A stretch of DNA of 64,000 nt. Origin: Octopus vulgaris. Taxonomy: Eukaryota. How positions within the stretch are numbered: position 1 is the stretch's first letter; the number at the start of each line of letters is the position of its first letter. Below the pieces are notes generated by a model. The model saw only the letters and a program-made list of their open reading frames with translations. It was not told the DNA's origin and made no database searches. Of this stretch, positions 53,213-64,000 are shown piece after piece. The stretch covers positions 9,920,001 through 9,984,000 of the forward strand of contig OX597837.1 of NCBI GenBank assembly GCA_951406725.2, in the 5' to 3' direction. Position numbers and translations under genes: made by a program.

Positions 53213-53429
53213 ATATATATATATACATATATATAACTAAAAATATATTTACACACACACACACATACACATACGAGCGTGCACGTGTGTGTATGTATCA
53301 GTATGTATGTATTTATGTGTGTGTGTGTGTGTGTGTGCGAGAGAGTCTGTGCTTTTGTGTACACAAAAGAAAAAGTGTGACACTCAACGGATTTTGGTGT
53401 TGTTATTCCTATCTAATAGCAGTTTCGTA

Positions 53430-54172
53430 TTTTGGCACAAGGCCCAGAATTTGGGGAGAGAGGGATGTGTCGATTACATCCCCCCACCTCCACCCCATTA
53501 TTCAACTGCTACTCATTTCGTTGACCCCCGAAAGGATAAATAAATAAAAGTCGACCTCGGCGGAATTTGAACTCAGAACGTAAAGACGGACGAAATGCCG
53601 CTAAGCATTTTGCCCGAAAATGCTAACGATTCTTATTTCTTTACTGCCCACGAGGGGCTACACACAGAGGGGACAAACAAGGACAGACAAACGGATTAAG
53701 TCGATTATATCGATCCCAGTGCGTAACTGGTACTTATTTAATCGACCCCGAAAGGATGAAAGGCAAAGTCGACCTCGACGGAATTTGAACTCAGAACGTA
53801 GCGACAGGCGAAATACCTATTTCTTTACTGCCCACAAGGGGCTACACACAGAGGGGACAAACAAGGACAGACAAACAGATTAAATCGATTATATCGATCC
53901 CTGTGCGTAACTGGTACTTATTTAATCGACCCCGAAAGGATGAACGGCAAAGTCGACCTCGGCGGAATTTGAACTCTATATAACGGCAGACGAAATACCG
54001 ATTTCTTTACTACCTACAAGGGGCTAAACACAGAAGGGACAGACGAACGGATTAAATTGATTACATCGACCCCGAAAGGATGAAAGGCAAAGTCGACCTC
54101 GACGGAATTTGAACTCAGAACGTATCGACAGACGAAATACCGCTGAGCATTTCGCCCGGTGCCAGCTCGCCG
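53430..54172 (-). mobile_element. SINE family B monomer plus three-unit array
   Basis: Repeated family B units; heads at ~53630 and ~54172. Confidence 0.88.
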
Positions 54173-54286
54173 CCGGCGGCACGGCAGTACTGATGGTAGT
54201 CGTAGTAGTAGTAGTAGTAGTAGTAGTAGTACTAGTCCCGGTGTCTGCGTGGCTGTTGTGGTGGTGATGGTGGTGGTGGTGGTGGT

Positions 54287-54608
54287 CTAATCACACCTAC
54301 CCAGTAAGAACTGCAAACTGTATCCGTTGACCTCTTTTGTCTTAGTTATATAATAGTAAATATTTAAACTGAATGACGAGATGAATGGCTGACTGACTGG
54401 CTTGGTCGACCCCGAAAGGATGAAAGGCATAAGTCGACACTCGACGCGAATTTGCCACTCAGAACGTATCGACACAGACGACCCACGTACCGCTGAGCCA
54501 TTTACATACACAAATACACACATATACGGTCACGCACACGCACTTACATAAGCATAAGAATAGGTATCGTATAGTAGTAGTAGTAGTATATATATATATA
54601 TATAGTGT

Positions 54609-54662
<54 letters not shown>

Positions 54663-54945
54663 TGTCTAATCACACCTACCCAGTAAGAACTGCAAACTGT
54701 GTGTGTGTGTATATATGTGTGTGTGTGTGTGTGTAGTAAATATTTAAACTGAATGACGAGATGAATGGCTGACTGACTGGCTTGGTCGACACACAGACAG
54801 ACTCTGGCATACACACACTCGCGCGCGCGCACACATGCTGCCATCAAACACAGACACAGACACCCACGTACAGAGCCATTTACATACACAAATACACACA
54901 TATACGGTCACGCACACGCACTTACATAAGCATAAGAATAGGCCT
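54287..54945. repeat. Imperfect ~380-bp tandem duplication, probably an assembly consensus artefact
   Basis: Identical blocks at 54287/54666 alternate with segments that blend into neighbouring SINE B sequence. Confidence 0.6.
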
Positions 54946-54955
54946 ATATTATGCC

Positions 54956-55002
<47 letters not shown>

Positions 55003-55026
55003 CACATACACACACATATATATATA

Positions 55027-55433
55027 AGTGGTTGTGTGGTAAGTAGCTTGTTTACCAACCACGTTGATTCCAGGTTCAGTCCCACTGCGTGGCTCCTTGG
55101 GCAAGTGTCTCCTACTATAGCCTCGGGCCGACCAAAACCTTGTGAGTGGATTGGGTAGACGGGAACTGAAAGAAGCCCGTCGTATATATATGTATATATA
55201 TGTATGTGTGTGTATATGTTTGTGTGTTTGTGTTTGCCCCTCCCCCCCCCATCATCGCTTGACAACCAATGCTGGTGTGTTTACGTTCCCGTAACCTAGC
55301 GGTTCGGCAAGAGACCGACAGAATAAGTACTAGGCTTCCAAAGAATAAATCCTGGGGTCGTTTTGCTCGACTACAGATGGTGCTCCAGCATGGCCGCAGT
55401 CAAATGACTGAAACAAATAAAAGAATAAAAGAA
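55027..55433 (+). mobile_element. SINE family A
   Basis: Homology to other family A copies. Confidence 0.9.
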
Positions 55434-55606
55434 TATGTGTGTGCGTATATATATATATATATATATGCATATACATATATATAAGATATATACACATGTT
55501 ATATTTACTATATATATAGTATGTGTTTGCACCCTATATATATATGTATATATATATACATACATATATATATATACACACATATAAATGCATGTGCCTT
55601 TGTGTA

Positions 55607-55706
<100 letters not shown>

Positions 55707-56173
55707 TGTGCGCGCGTGTGTGTGTAATTCGAACCCCGTCGGTTTCAGTAACGAGTACTCCAGTTGTTTACTCAACTGAACCACATACTAATAATATAAA
55801 AGGGGTTGAATAGTTCTCGTCCTTGCGGAGTCGAAAACTAAAGAAACTAGATGAGTACAGAGGTCGATATAATCGACTTAAGTGCTTCTCCTAAAGTTGC
55901 TGAAATTGGGCTGAAATTTGAAACAAATAAGGTCGTGGATAGCCGTGCCAAAAACAGCTTGCACCCCAGCCGAGAGCTGCGATCCCTTTCTAACAAAATC
56001 TCTATATATCTCTCTATCCGCTCAGTCGAAGTCGACTCTCGGTCACTCGTTGGATCAGTGTCCTCCATTCAGTTCTATCCTGGGTCGCTTCTTTCAGATT
56101 GGCTATGTCCATTCCGGTATCACTCTTGATTGTGTCAATATATACGGTCTCTATATGGTCTCTCTATATATGG

Positions 56174-56694
56174 TCTCTCTATATATAAACGGCAAAATGT
56201 CTGCGTGCGTGTCCTTTATACAAATCCACAATTTTTTCAGTTAGAGGGTTCGCACTTTCTATGGTCATTGAAAACCGTCCAAGGGTGGTCGTGCACATCT
56301 TTACATTTCCCCAGTCACCCCGCAAAGCCATTATATATATAAACGGCAAAATGTCTGTGTGCGTGTCCTTCCTATAAATCCACAATTTTTCAGTTAGAGG
56401 GCTCGCACTTTCTATGGTTACTCAAAACCGTCCAAGGGTGGTCGTACACATCTTTACATTTCCCCAGTCACCCCGCAAAGCCATTGAATATATATCAATA
56501 GAAGTGACTTTTTTGTGAATTTTCTATCGAAAACCCAATCAAAATGCCCGAAACTTGATACGCCAATTGAATGCCAACTAGCTGTATGTGATTGGTCGGA
56601 GATTTGGACAGTACTTGCGTGTATGTGCGCATGCACGCAGCTCTATATGCATCCACTAGCACTATGACCCGGTGTTGCTGGGTCATAGTGCTAG
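56174..56694 (+). mobile_element. Non-autonomous Helitron-type element with internal ~152-bp duplication
   Basis: Starts TCTCTATATATAAACGG; ends with hairpin ACTAGCACTATGACCC..GGGTCATAGTGCTAG|T; 56180-56331 is repeated at 56334-56484. Confidence 0.75.
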
Positions 56695-56855
56695 TACCCA
56701 TAATTTATAGCTTATACCCTCAATATAATCAGGTGAAATCATCGTAAAACAACACATAACAAGAGTAGCCCTTTAAATTGCACTTACAGTCTACCTGGTA
56801 TTTCATCGACAGCTGTAGTGTTTAATCTGATTTTAAGGCGGTATGAGTGTGACAC

Positions 56856-57443
56856 TAAGGCGGCGAGGTGGCAGAAACGTTAGCACGCCAGGCGAAATGC
56901 ATAGCCGTATTTCGTCTGCCGTTACGTTCTGAGTTCAAATTCCGCCGAGGTCGATTTTGCTTTTCATCCTTCCGGGGTCGATAAATTAAGTACCAGTTAT
57001 GCACTGGGGTCGATGTAATCGACTTAATCCGTTTGTCTGTCCTTGTTTGTCCTCTCTGTGTTTAGCCCCTTGTGGGTAGTAAAGAAATAGGTATTTCGTC
57101 TGCCGTTACGTTCTGAGTTCAAATTCCGCCGAGGTCGATTTTGCTTTTCATCCTTCCGGGGTCGATAAATTAAGTACCAGTTATGCACTGGGGTCGATGT
57201 AATCGACTTAATCCGTTTGTCTGTCCTTGTTTGTCCTCTCTGTGTTTAGCCCCTTGTGGGTAGTAAAGAAATAGGTATTTCTTCTGCCATTACGTTCTGA
57301 GTTCAAATTCCGCCGAGCTTGACTTTGCCTTTCATCCTTCCGGGGTCGATAAATTAAGTACCAGCGACGCACTGGGGTCGATGTAATCGACTTAAACCGT
57401 TTGTCTGTCCTTGTTTGTTCCCTCTGTGGTTAGTAAAGAAATA
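56856..57443 (+). mobile_element. SINE family B, three-unit array with 16-bp TSD
   Basis: GGTATGAGTGTGACAC at 56840-56855 and 57444-57459; units start at 56907, 57091 and 57275. Confidence 0.94.
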
Positions 57444-57694
57444 GGTATGAGTGTGACACAGTATGTGATAGGCTGTGATAGGTTGTGACAGGAAGCGACA
57501 GGGTGTGACAGAATGTGACAGTGCAGTGATAATGTGGACACGGTGCTGACTTTAATGTGGAGGCACAGTCCTTGTGAGAGATTTACATATTTTCTTGTTA
57601 ATTCAGATATGCGTGTGTTTGAAGGTATGTGGATATAAACATATTATATATCATACAAGTATATGTATATACATACATATACACCCGCACCTAA

Positions 57695-58100
57695 TAGTTA
57701 CATAGCACCGGGTTTAGTCCATGTGGGTGGCTCCTTGGGCAAGTGTTTTCTACTATAGCCGCGGGACGACCAAAGGTTTGTGAGTGGATTTGGTAGACGG
57801 AAACTGAAAGAAGATCATCGTGTATATGTGTGTGTGTATGTGTGTGTTTGTGTGCGTGTGTGTGTTTGTGTTTGTGTATGTTTATATGTCTGTGTTTGTC
57901 CCCCTCCCCCAAACATCGCTTGACAACCAATGTTGGTGTGTTTACGTCCTCGTAACCTAGCGGTTCGACAAAAAGAGACCGATAGAATAAGTACTAGGCT
58001 TACAAAGAATAAGTCTTGGGAGTCGACCTGCTCGGTTAGAAGGCGGTGCTCCAGCATGGCCGCAGTCAAATGACTGAACGAATAAAAGAATAAAAGAATA
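57695..58100 (+). mobile_element. SINE family A, degenerate head
   Basis: Homology to other family A copies. Confidence 0.88.
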
Positions 58101-58810
58101 TATATAGAGAGAGACATACGTATGTATTGATGTATATATATATATACACACACAGACTCTGTTATATAACACGATTTTACAATCTAAATATACATACACA
58201 ATATGTGTGTGCGTGTGTGTATACGTATGTGTGTCTATGTGAATCTGGATTTGTGCGTATACACACATATATACACATATATACACACACATCATGACGG
58301 TAGAATTGATTTTCACCTTCACAAACAGATTTTCGCATTGACTTTTTTTTCTTTGATTCCTTCAAGTGGTTTCAATCATAGAAACAACGGCCATGCTGGA
58401 ATCACAGCTTCAAAAATCCTCCTTTGTACATATTTCATTGACCTCTGTTTGACGAACCCATAAATTAGGGGGGGGGCACAAAGGTCACAACATCGACAGC
58501 AGCATCGCTTTTTAGACGTGTCTAAACATAAAGAGAATCACGAATACGTATACACACACACACACATACATATATGTATATATATATATATAAATATATA
58601 TATATATACACATACATACATATATATGTATATATATATAAATATGTGTGTGTGTGTATGTATGTGTATGTGATTCTGTATCTGTGTGTGTCTGTGTGTT
58701 TGCTTTGTTCTCTCATGGTGAGTCCGTTTATGTTCTATAGGTATCGGGCTGGTCGCGGAGCTCCAGCGTGGCCACAGTCAAATGTGTTTATATATATATA
58801 TATATATCTT

Positions 58811-58877
<67 letters not shown>

Positions 58878-58911
58878 GTGTGTGTGTGTATATATAGATA
58901 CATAGATAGAT

Positions 58912-58957
<46 letters not shown>

Positions 58958-59520
58958 GTGTGTACGTGTACGTGTGTACGTGTACGTGTGAATATGTATA
59001 TATATGTATAAACACCTATGTGTATGTATATACATTCACGCCAATATTTACATATACATATGTATATATATTAATAAATATGCATACACGCATTCATTCA
59101 TACATACATACATATATACACGTGTGAGTGTGTGTGTATGCATGTGTGTACGTATGTTAGAGACTCTGCAGTAGTCATACTGCATTGTGTCCTTCTGCAG
59201 CAAACTGCAGTATTTCGCCTGCTGCTAATGTTGTAGTTGTTGTTGTAGTTGTCGTCATCGTGGTCGTCGTCGTCGCTGCTTAAAGCCATCAAGAAAAGCC
59301 GCTGGTTTTAGTGGTAGTACTTGTTGAATATTGTTGCTGCCGTTTTCATTTTTTCTTATCTTCACCACCAGCAGCAATGGCGACCCTCCAACACCCACCC
59401 ACCCACCACCACAACCACCATCACCTCCGCCAACTCCGCCGCCACTACCACCGCCGCAGCTAACACTACAAACACCAACACCAACAACAACCAGCAGTAT
59501 TAGCAACACCAACGGCAACA

Positions 59521-59946
59521 GTGGAGGCGCAATGGCCCAATGGTTAGGGCAAGCGGACTCACGGTCGGAGGATCACGGTTTCGATTCCCAGACCGGGGCG
59601 TTGTGTGTGTTTATTAAGCGAAAACACCTAAAAGCTCCACGAATCTCCGGCAGGGGGTGGGGCGTCCCCTGTTGTACTCTTTCGCCCCCAACTTTCTCTC
59701 ACTCGTTCTTCTTGTTTCTTGTCCCCGACTTCATACGCAACCGCTGAGCCTGGATGCGCATTCATCCATCCGTCGATGCTCTCGGTGTCGGAGGGTTGAC
59801 CTGCGTTCTCTTCTGCGGGTCTTACGAATAGCAAAGGACCACGTTTCGGACTTCTCCCACCTTGCGAGCCCTGGGACGAAGACCGTTCGCTCAACAGCAA
59901 CAGCAAGTGGAGGCGCAATGGCCCAATGGTTAGGACAGCAGACTCA
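59521..59946 (+). mobile_element. SINE family C (tail type 3) followed by a restarted head
   Basis: Family C head and body, unique ~190-bp tail ending CAACAGCAACAGCAA, then GTGGAGGCGCAATGGCCCAATGGTTAGG again at 59908. Confidence 0.85.
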
Positions 59947-60145
59947 TACACATATGTATACACACACGCACACACAAACAAACATATATATATATACGTA
60001 TATATATTTTTTAATGGGTTTTTTTTTGACAAAGAATTCTTGTTCCAGTTGCAAAATTTGAAGTAAGATTTTCTTTAAATAAAACTTAGAAATTCTACAA
60101 AAATCTTTAAAAACATCCAATGATACGATCATACAGATAAATACC

Positions 60146-60241
<96 letters not shown>

Positions 60242-60436
60242 GTCGCCATGTTAGATCGTTAACCACTACACACATTTTTCTCTCCTTGTTTTTTCTGTGT
60301 CCCTTTCTGAAGAAGAGCGTAGGCTCGAAACGTAAAAGACTTTTTCTATTCCTGAGCGTTATACTAATACATCTGTTTGTTTTCTACATCACCTGTCTTC
60401 GTCTTTTGTTGTTGTTTTTTTCGTAAACTCTCCCTG
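60242..60436 (+). mobile_element. HHR-bearing element family P1 with canonical core
   Basis: CTTT-CTGAAGA-A-GAGC gtag GCTC-GAAA-CG-TA-AAAG at 60303-60338; inserted in (GATA)n. Confidence 0.87.
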
Positions 60437-60530
<94 letters not shown>

Positions 60531-61268
60531 CGTACGTACGTACGTTTGTATGAACATAAATTCATACACCCATGCATACACAAACACACGCACACACAAG
60601 CACATCACATACCCAAGCACAAATACAGAAAGAAAATGAAGCAAAGAGAAACTAACAGACAGAAATATATAAATTGCAGTTAAATACAGCTAAACTGTAT
60701 AATAGTTCCGTCTGTATGCAATTTACAGCAGAACTAAGCATGCGATATCTTAAACTCCTAATGGGACAAATTTTAGAATTTATGTAAATTTCTGCTAATC
60801 TCGGAAACCGCGCTTGATGATTTCCTACAGAAATAAATATATATATAATTACGATTGGCTACTGAATTCACTAAACAAAGTATAAATGTATATATAGAGG
60901 GCGCCACAAGATTAATGCTATTTCGTTTATCAGCGAACATGGAAGGTTTCCGGCGGGGTGGACTTTGAAGATATGCGCATGGAAATCGTTATTAATGTTC
61001 CAGGGTAGGTATATATGCGCATATGACATGTGTGTGTGTACATACATACATAAATTTATATATTTGGGTGTATGCATCGACAGTTCAAACAACACACCAC
61101 CTCAACCACTTATTCACAAACACCAGGATGTCTCTCAACCAAAAAGGGTCTTGATTCGTTAGCAACCAGCTTGAACTCTCTCGAGAAAAACTCAATTTAA
61201 ACACAATGAAAAGTCATGCGTATACATATACATACATAAATGAATGCATACGTATACAGAGAGATGGA

Positions 61269-61312
61269 TACGAGGGGCTGCGGAAAAGTTCCTGGCTTTG
61301 AGTAAAAGAAAA
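61269..61312 (+). mobile_element. Mariner-like TIR fragment
   Basis: TA-CGAGGGGCTGCGGAAAAGTTCCTGGCTTT resembles mariner termini. Confidence 0.45.
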
Positions 61313-61315
61313 TAT

Positions 61316-61728
61316 TGGTAGACGGAAACTGAAAGAAGCCCGTCGTATATATATATATATATATATTGTGTGTGTGTGTGTGTTCTCCCGCCATCGCTTG
61401 AGAGCCGATGCTGGTGTGTTCACGCACCCGTAACTCAGCGGTTCGACAAAAGACCGCTAAGTTACGGGAACGTAAACAAACCAGCATCGGTTGTCAAGCG
61501 ATGTTGGGGGAACAAACACAGACACACAAACAAATACACACACACACATATGTATACATATATATGACGGGCTTCTTGCAGTTTCCGTCTACCCAATCCA
61601 CTCACAAAGCTTTGGTCGGCCCGAGGCTATAGTAGAAGACAGTTGCCAAAGGTGCCACGCAGTGGGACTGAATCCAGGACCATGCAGTTTGTAAGCAAGC
61701 TATTTACCTCACAGCCACTCCTACGCCT
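61316..61728. mobile_element. Two SINE A partial copies fused in opposite orientation
   Basis: Plus-strand middle part (61316-61452) joined to a minus-strand 5' two-thirds (61453-61728). Confidence 0.85.
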
Positions 61729-61837
61729 ATATATGCCTATAAAGTATACATATATATATATATATATTTACACACACATACACACATATACGTACATACA
61801 TGCATGCATACACACCTGCTTGCATATATATATATAT

Positions 61838-62066
61838 AAGGCGAGCTGGTAGAAACGTTAGCACACCGGGAGAAATGCATAGCTGTATTTCGTCTGCCGC
61901 TACGTTCTGAGTTCAAATTCCGCCGAGGTCGACTTTGCCCTTCATCCTTTCGGGGTCGATAAATTAAGTACCAGTTACGCACCGGGGTCGATATAATCGA
62001 CTTAATCCGTTTGTCTGTCCTTGTTTGTCCTCTCTGTGTTTAGCCCCTTGTGGATAGTAAAGAAAT
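61838..62066 (+). mobile_element. SINE family B monomer
   Basis: Head, B box and tail TAGTAAAGAAATA; inserted in (TA)n. Confidence 0.9.
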
Positions 62067-62883
62067 ATATATATATATATATATATGCATACCAGTCACT
62101 ACACACACGGACATACACACGTGTATCACCGTCTGTATGTATGAAAGAGTGCTCATGTGTGTGTTTGTGTGTGTGAGTATGTGCCTGAGCATTTGTGTGC
62201 GTGCGTGTATAAAAGAGGTTTTAAAAAAGAGGATATAGACGTATGTAAGACAAAGGAATGGTTTATATGCGTGTGTATAGGTATGCGACAGTGAGAGATA
62301 GATAGAGAGAGAGACAGACAGCCAGACAGACAGACACAGACAAAGGGCGAGATTGAGGAGAAGGAAGAGGAATGTGAGAAAGAGAGAGAGGGAGAGTAAT
62401 AGATTAGTCGGGCATTGATGTTTGTAAATCAATTCTACGGAAGATCAATCGCGCAAATTTTATGAGAATAAAGTGACGCGATGAGGTTATGATCTTAGAC
62501 AGACACACACGCATACACTCACGCTCACACGCACACTAACAAACCTATATGTTTGCATCTATATATACATTCGTCTATGCGCGTTTATATATAGATATAT
62601 TTATATATACATACATATATACATATATATGTAAGCATATATATATACATATATGTGTACGCATATATATATACATATATATGTATACATATATATACGT
62701 ATATATATGTATATATATATATATATATGTATACATATATATATAAATATATGTATGTATACATATATATAATATATATGTATGTATACATATATATATA
62801 TATATATGTATGTATACATATATATATATGTATGTATACATGTATATATGTATGTATACATATATATATACATATATCTGTAA

Positions 62884-62914
<31 letters not shown>

Positions 62915-63173
62915 TGTATATGCATGTGTGTGTGTGTCCATATGTGCGTGTGTTATTATATTTTGTCTGGTCTAAAACTGGTGTTGTGTTTCTTAATGTC
63001 CATCAACTTGGCAGTTTGACAATTACATTCGATAGAATATAGAGCAGACTGAAATAAATTCCGTTGGTGGGGTTGATTTGAGTAATTGCATCCTTGAAGT
63101 GTTGCTGCAGCATGGCCGCAGTCTAATGACCGAGACCACTGAAAGATTAAACACATTTAAAAAATTTGTTTTT

Positions 63174-63950
63174 ATGAGGTTAAGAATATTCTTGAATTCG
63201 AAAACGTTTTGTCGTCATATTAAACTTTTACTCGCGTGCGTGACAAGCTGTCTCCGGTGGTCAGGCTACCAAATCGGGAGATCAGGAGTTTGGGGGAAAA
63301 TGGAGTTAACCCTTAGAAATCGCTGATCTTAAGTCCCTTCTGGCCGGGGTGGATAGTACGTGTTAAGTGCCTCAGTTACAGGCCAAAAGCAGAAAATGGC
63401 CCTCTGGCTAAAGTATACAAGAATTGAAGGAAGTCTGGACCCAGTTGTGTGTCAGATAGTAGAAAATATTCCTGTGATTAGGGTGGAAAATTGGTCCCTT
63501 AACATATGATCCACAGGCTCACAAACCTGTGGGCATGCCCTGTTGTCACATGAACCAGTCGCTCAGGCTAAGGGTTATGAGGTTAAGAATATTTTAAATT
63601 CGAAAACGTTTTGTCGTCATATTAAACTTTTACTCGCGTGCGTGATAAGCTGTTTCCGGTGGTCAGGCTAGCAAATAGGGAGATGAGGAGTTTGGGGGGG
63701 AAATGGAGTTAACCCTTAGAAATTGCTGCTCTTAAGTCCCTTCTAGAAGTACGTGTTAAGTGCCTCAGTTATAGGCCAAAAGCAGAAGATGGCCCTCTGG
63801 CTAAATTATACATGAATTGGAAGGAGTTATGTAGAAAATATTCTTGTGATTAGGGTGGAGTGTTGGTCCCTTAACATATGATCCACAGGCTCACAAACCT
63901 GTGGGCATGCCCTATTGTCACATGAACCAGTCGCTCAGGCTAAGGGTTAA
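63174..63950. repeat. Diverged ~400-bp tandem duplication containing a piggyBac-like MITE
   Basis: Units 63174-63576 and 63577-63948; TTAA-CCCTTAG...CTAAGGG-TTA(T/A) at 63306-63578 and 63709-63950. Confidence 0.75.
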
Positions 63951-64000
63951 AAGAACCTGCATCTCAAAGATAAACACTAGAGAGCAGAAAACAAACAGAG

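Overview
This is animal non-coding DNA, very rich in microsatellites ((TA)n, (CA)n, (TATG)n, (GATA)n, (GAT)n, (GGT)n, (CTT)n). The repeat landscape suggests a cephalopod, probably Octopus (inference from SINE and microsatellite style, not from a search). I find no intact host gene; almost all supplied ORFs are translations of simple repeats. The window holds three tRNA-derived SINE families, labelled A, B and C here. B forms TSD-flanked 184-bp tandem arrays, and C carries three alternative 3' tails. There are also relics of a Penelope-like RT and an RTE LINE, two Helitron-type elements and several DNA-transposon MITEs. The main hidden signal is a dense set of small non-autonomous Penelope-like/retrozyme-like elements carrying hammerhead ribozyme (HHR) motifs, from about ten sequence families. 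Two families (9828-9899; 14279-14360 and 28754-28831) contain all HHR core strands in an order that is not type I, II or III. Their helices covary, which points to a candidate pseudoknotted hammerhead architecture. All structures were paired by eye and none is experimentally tested.
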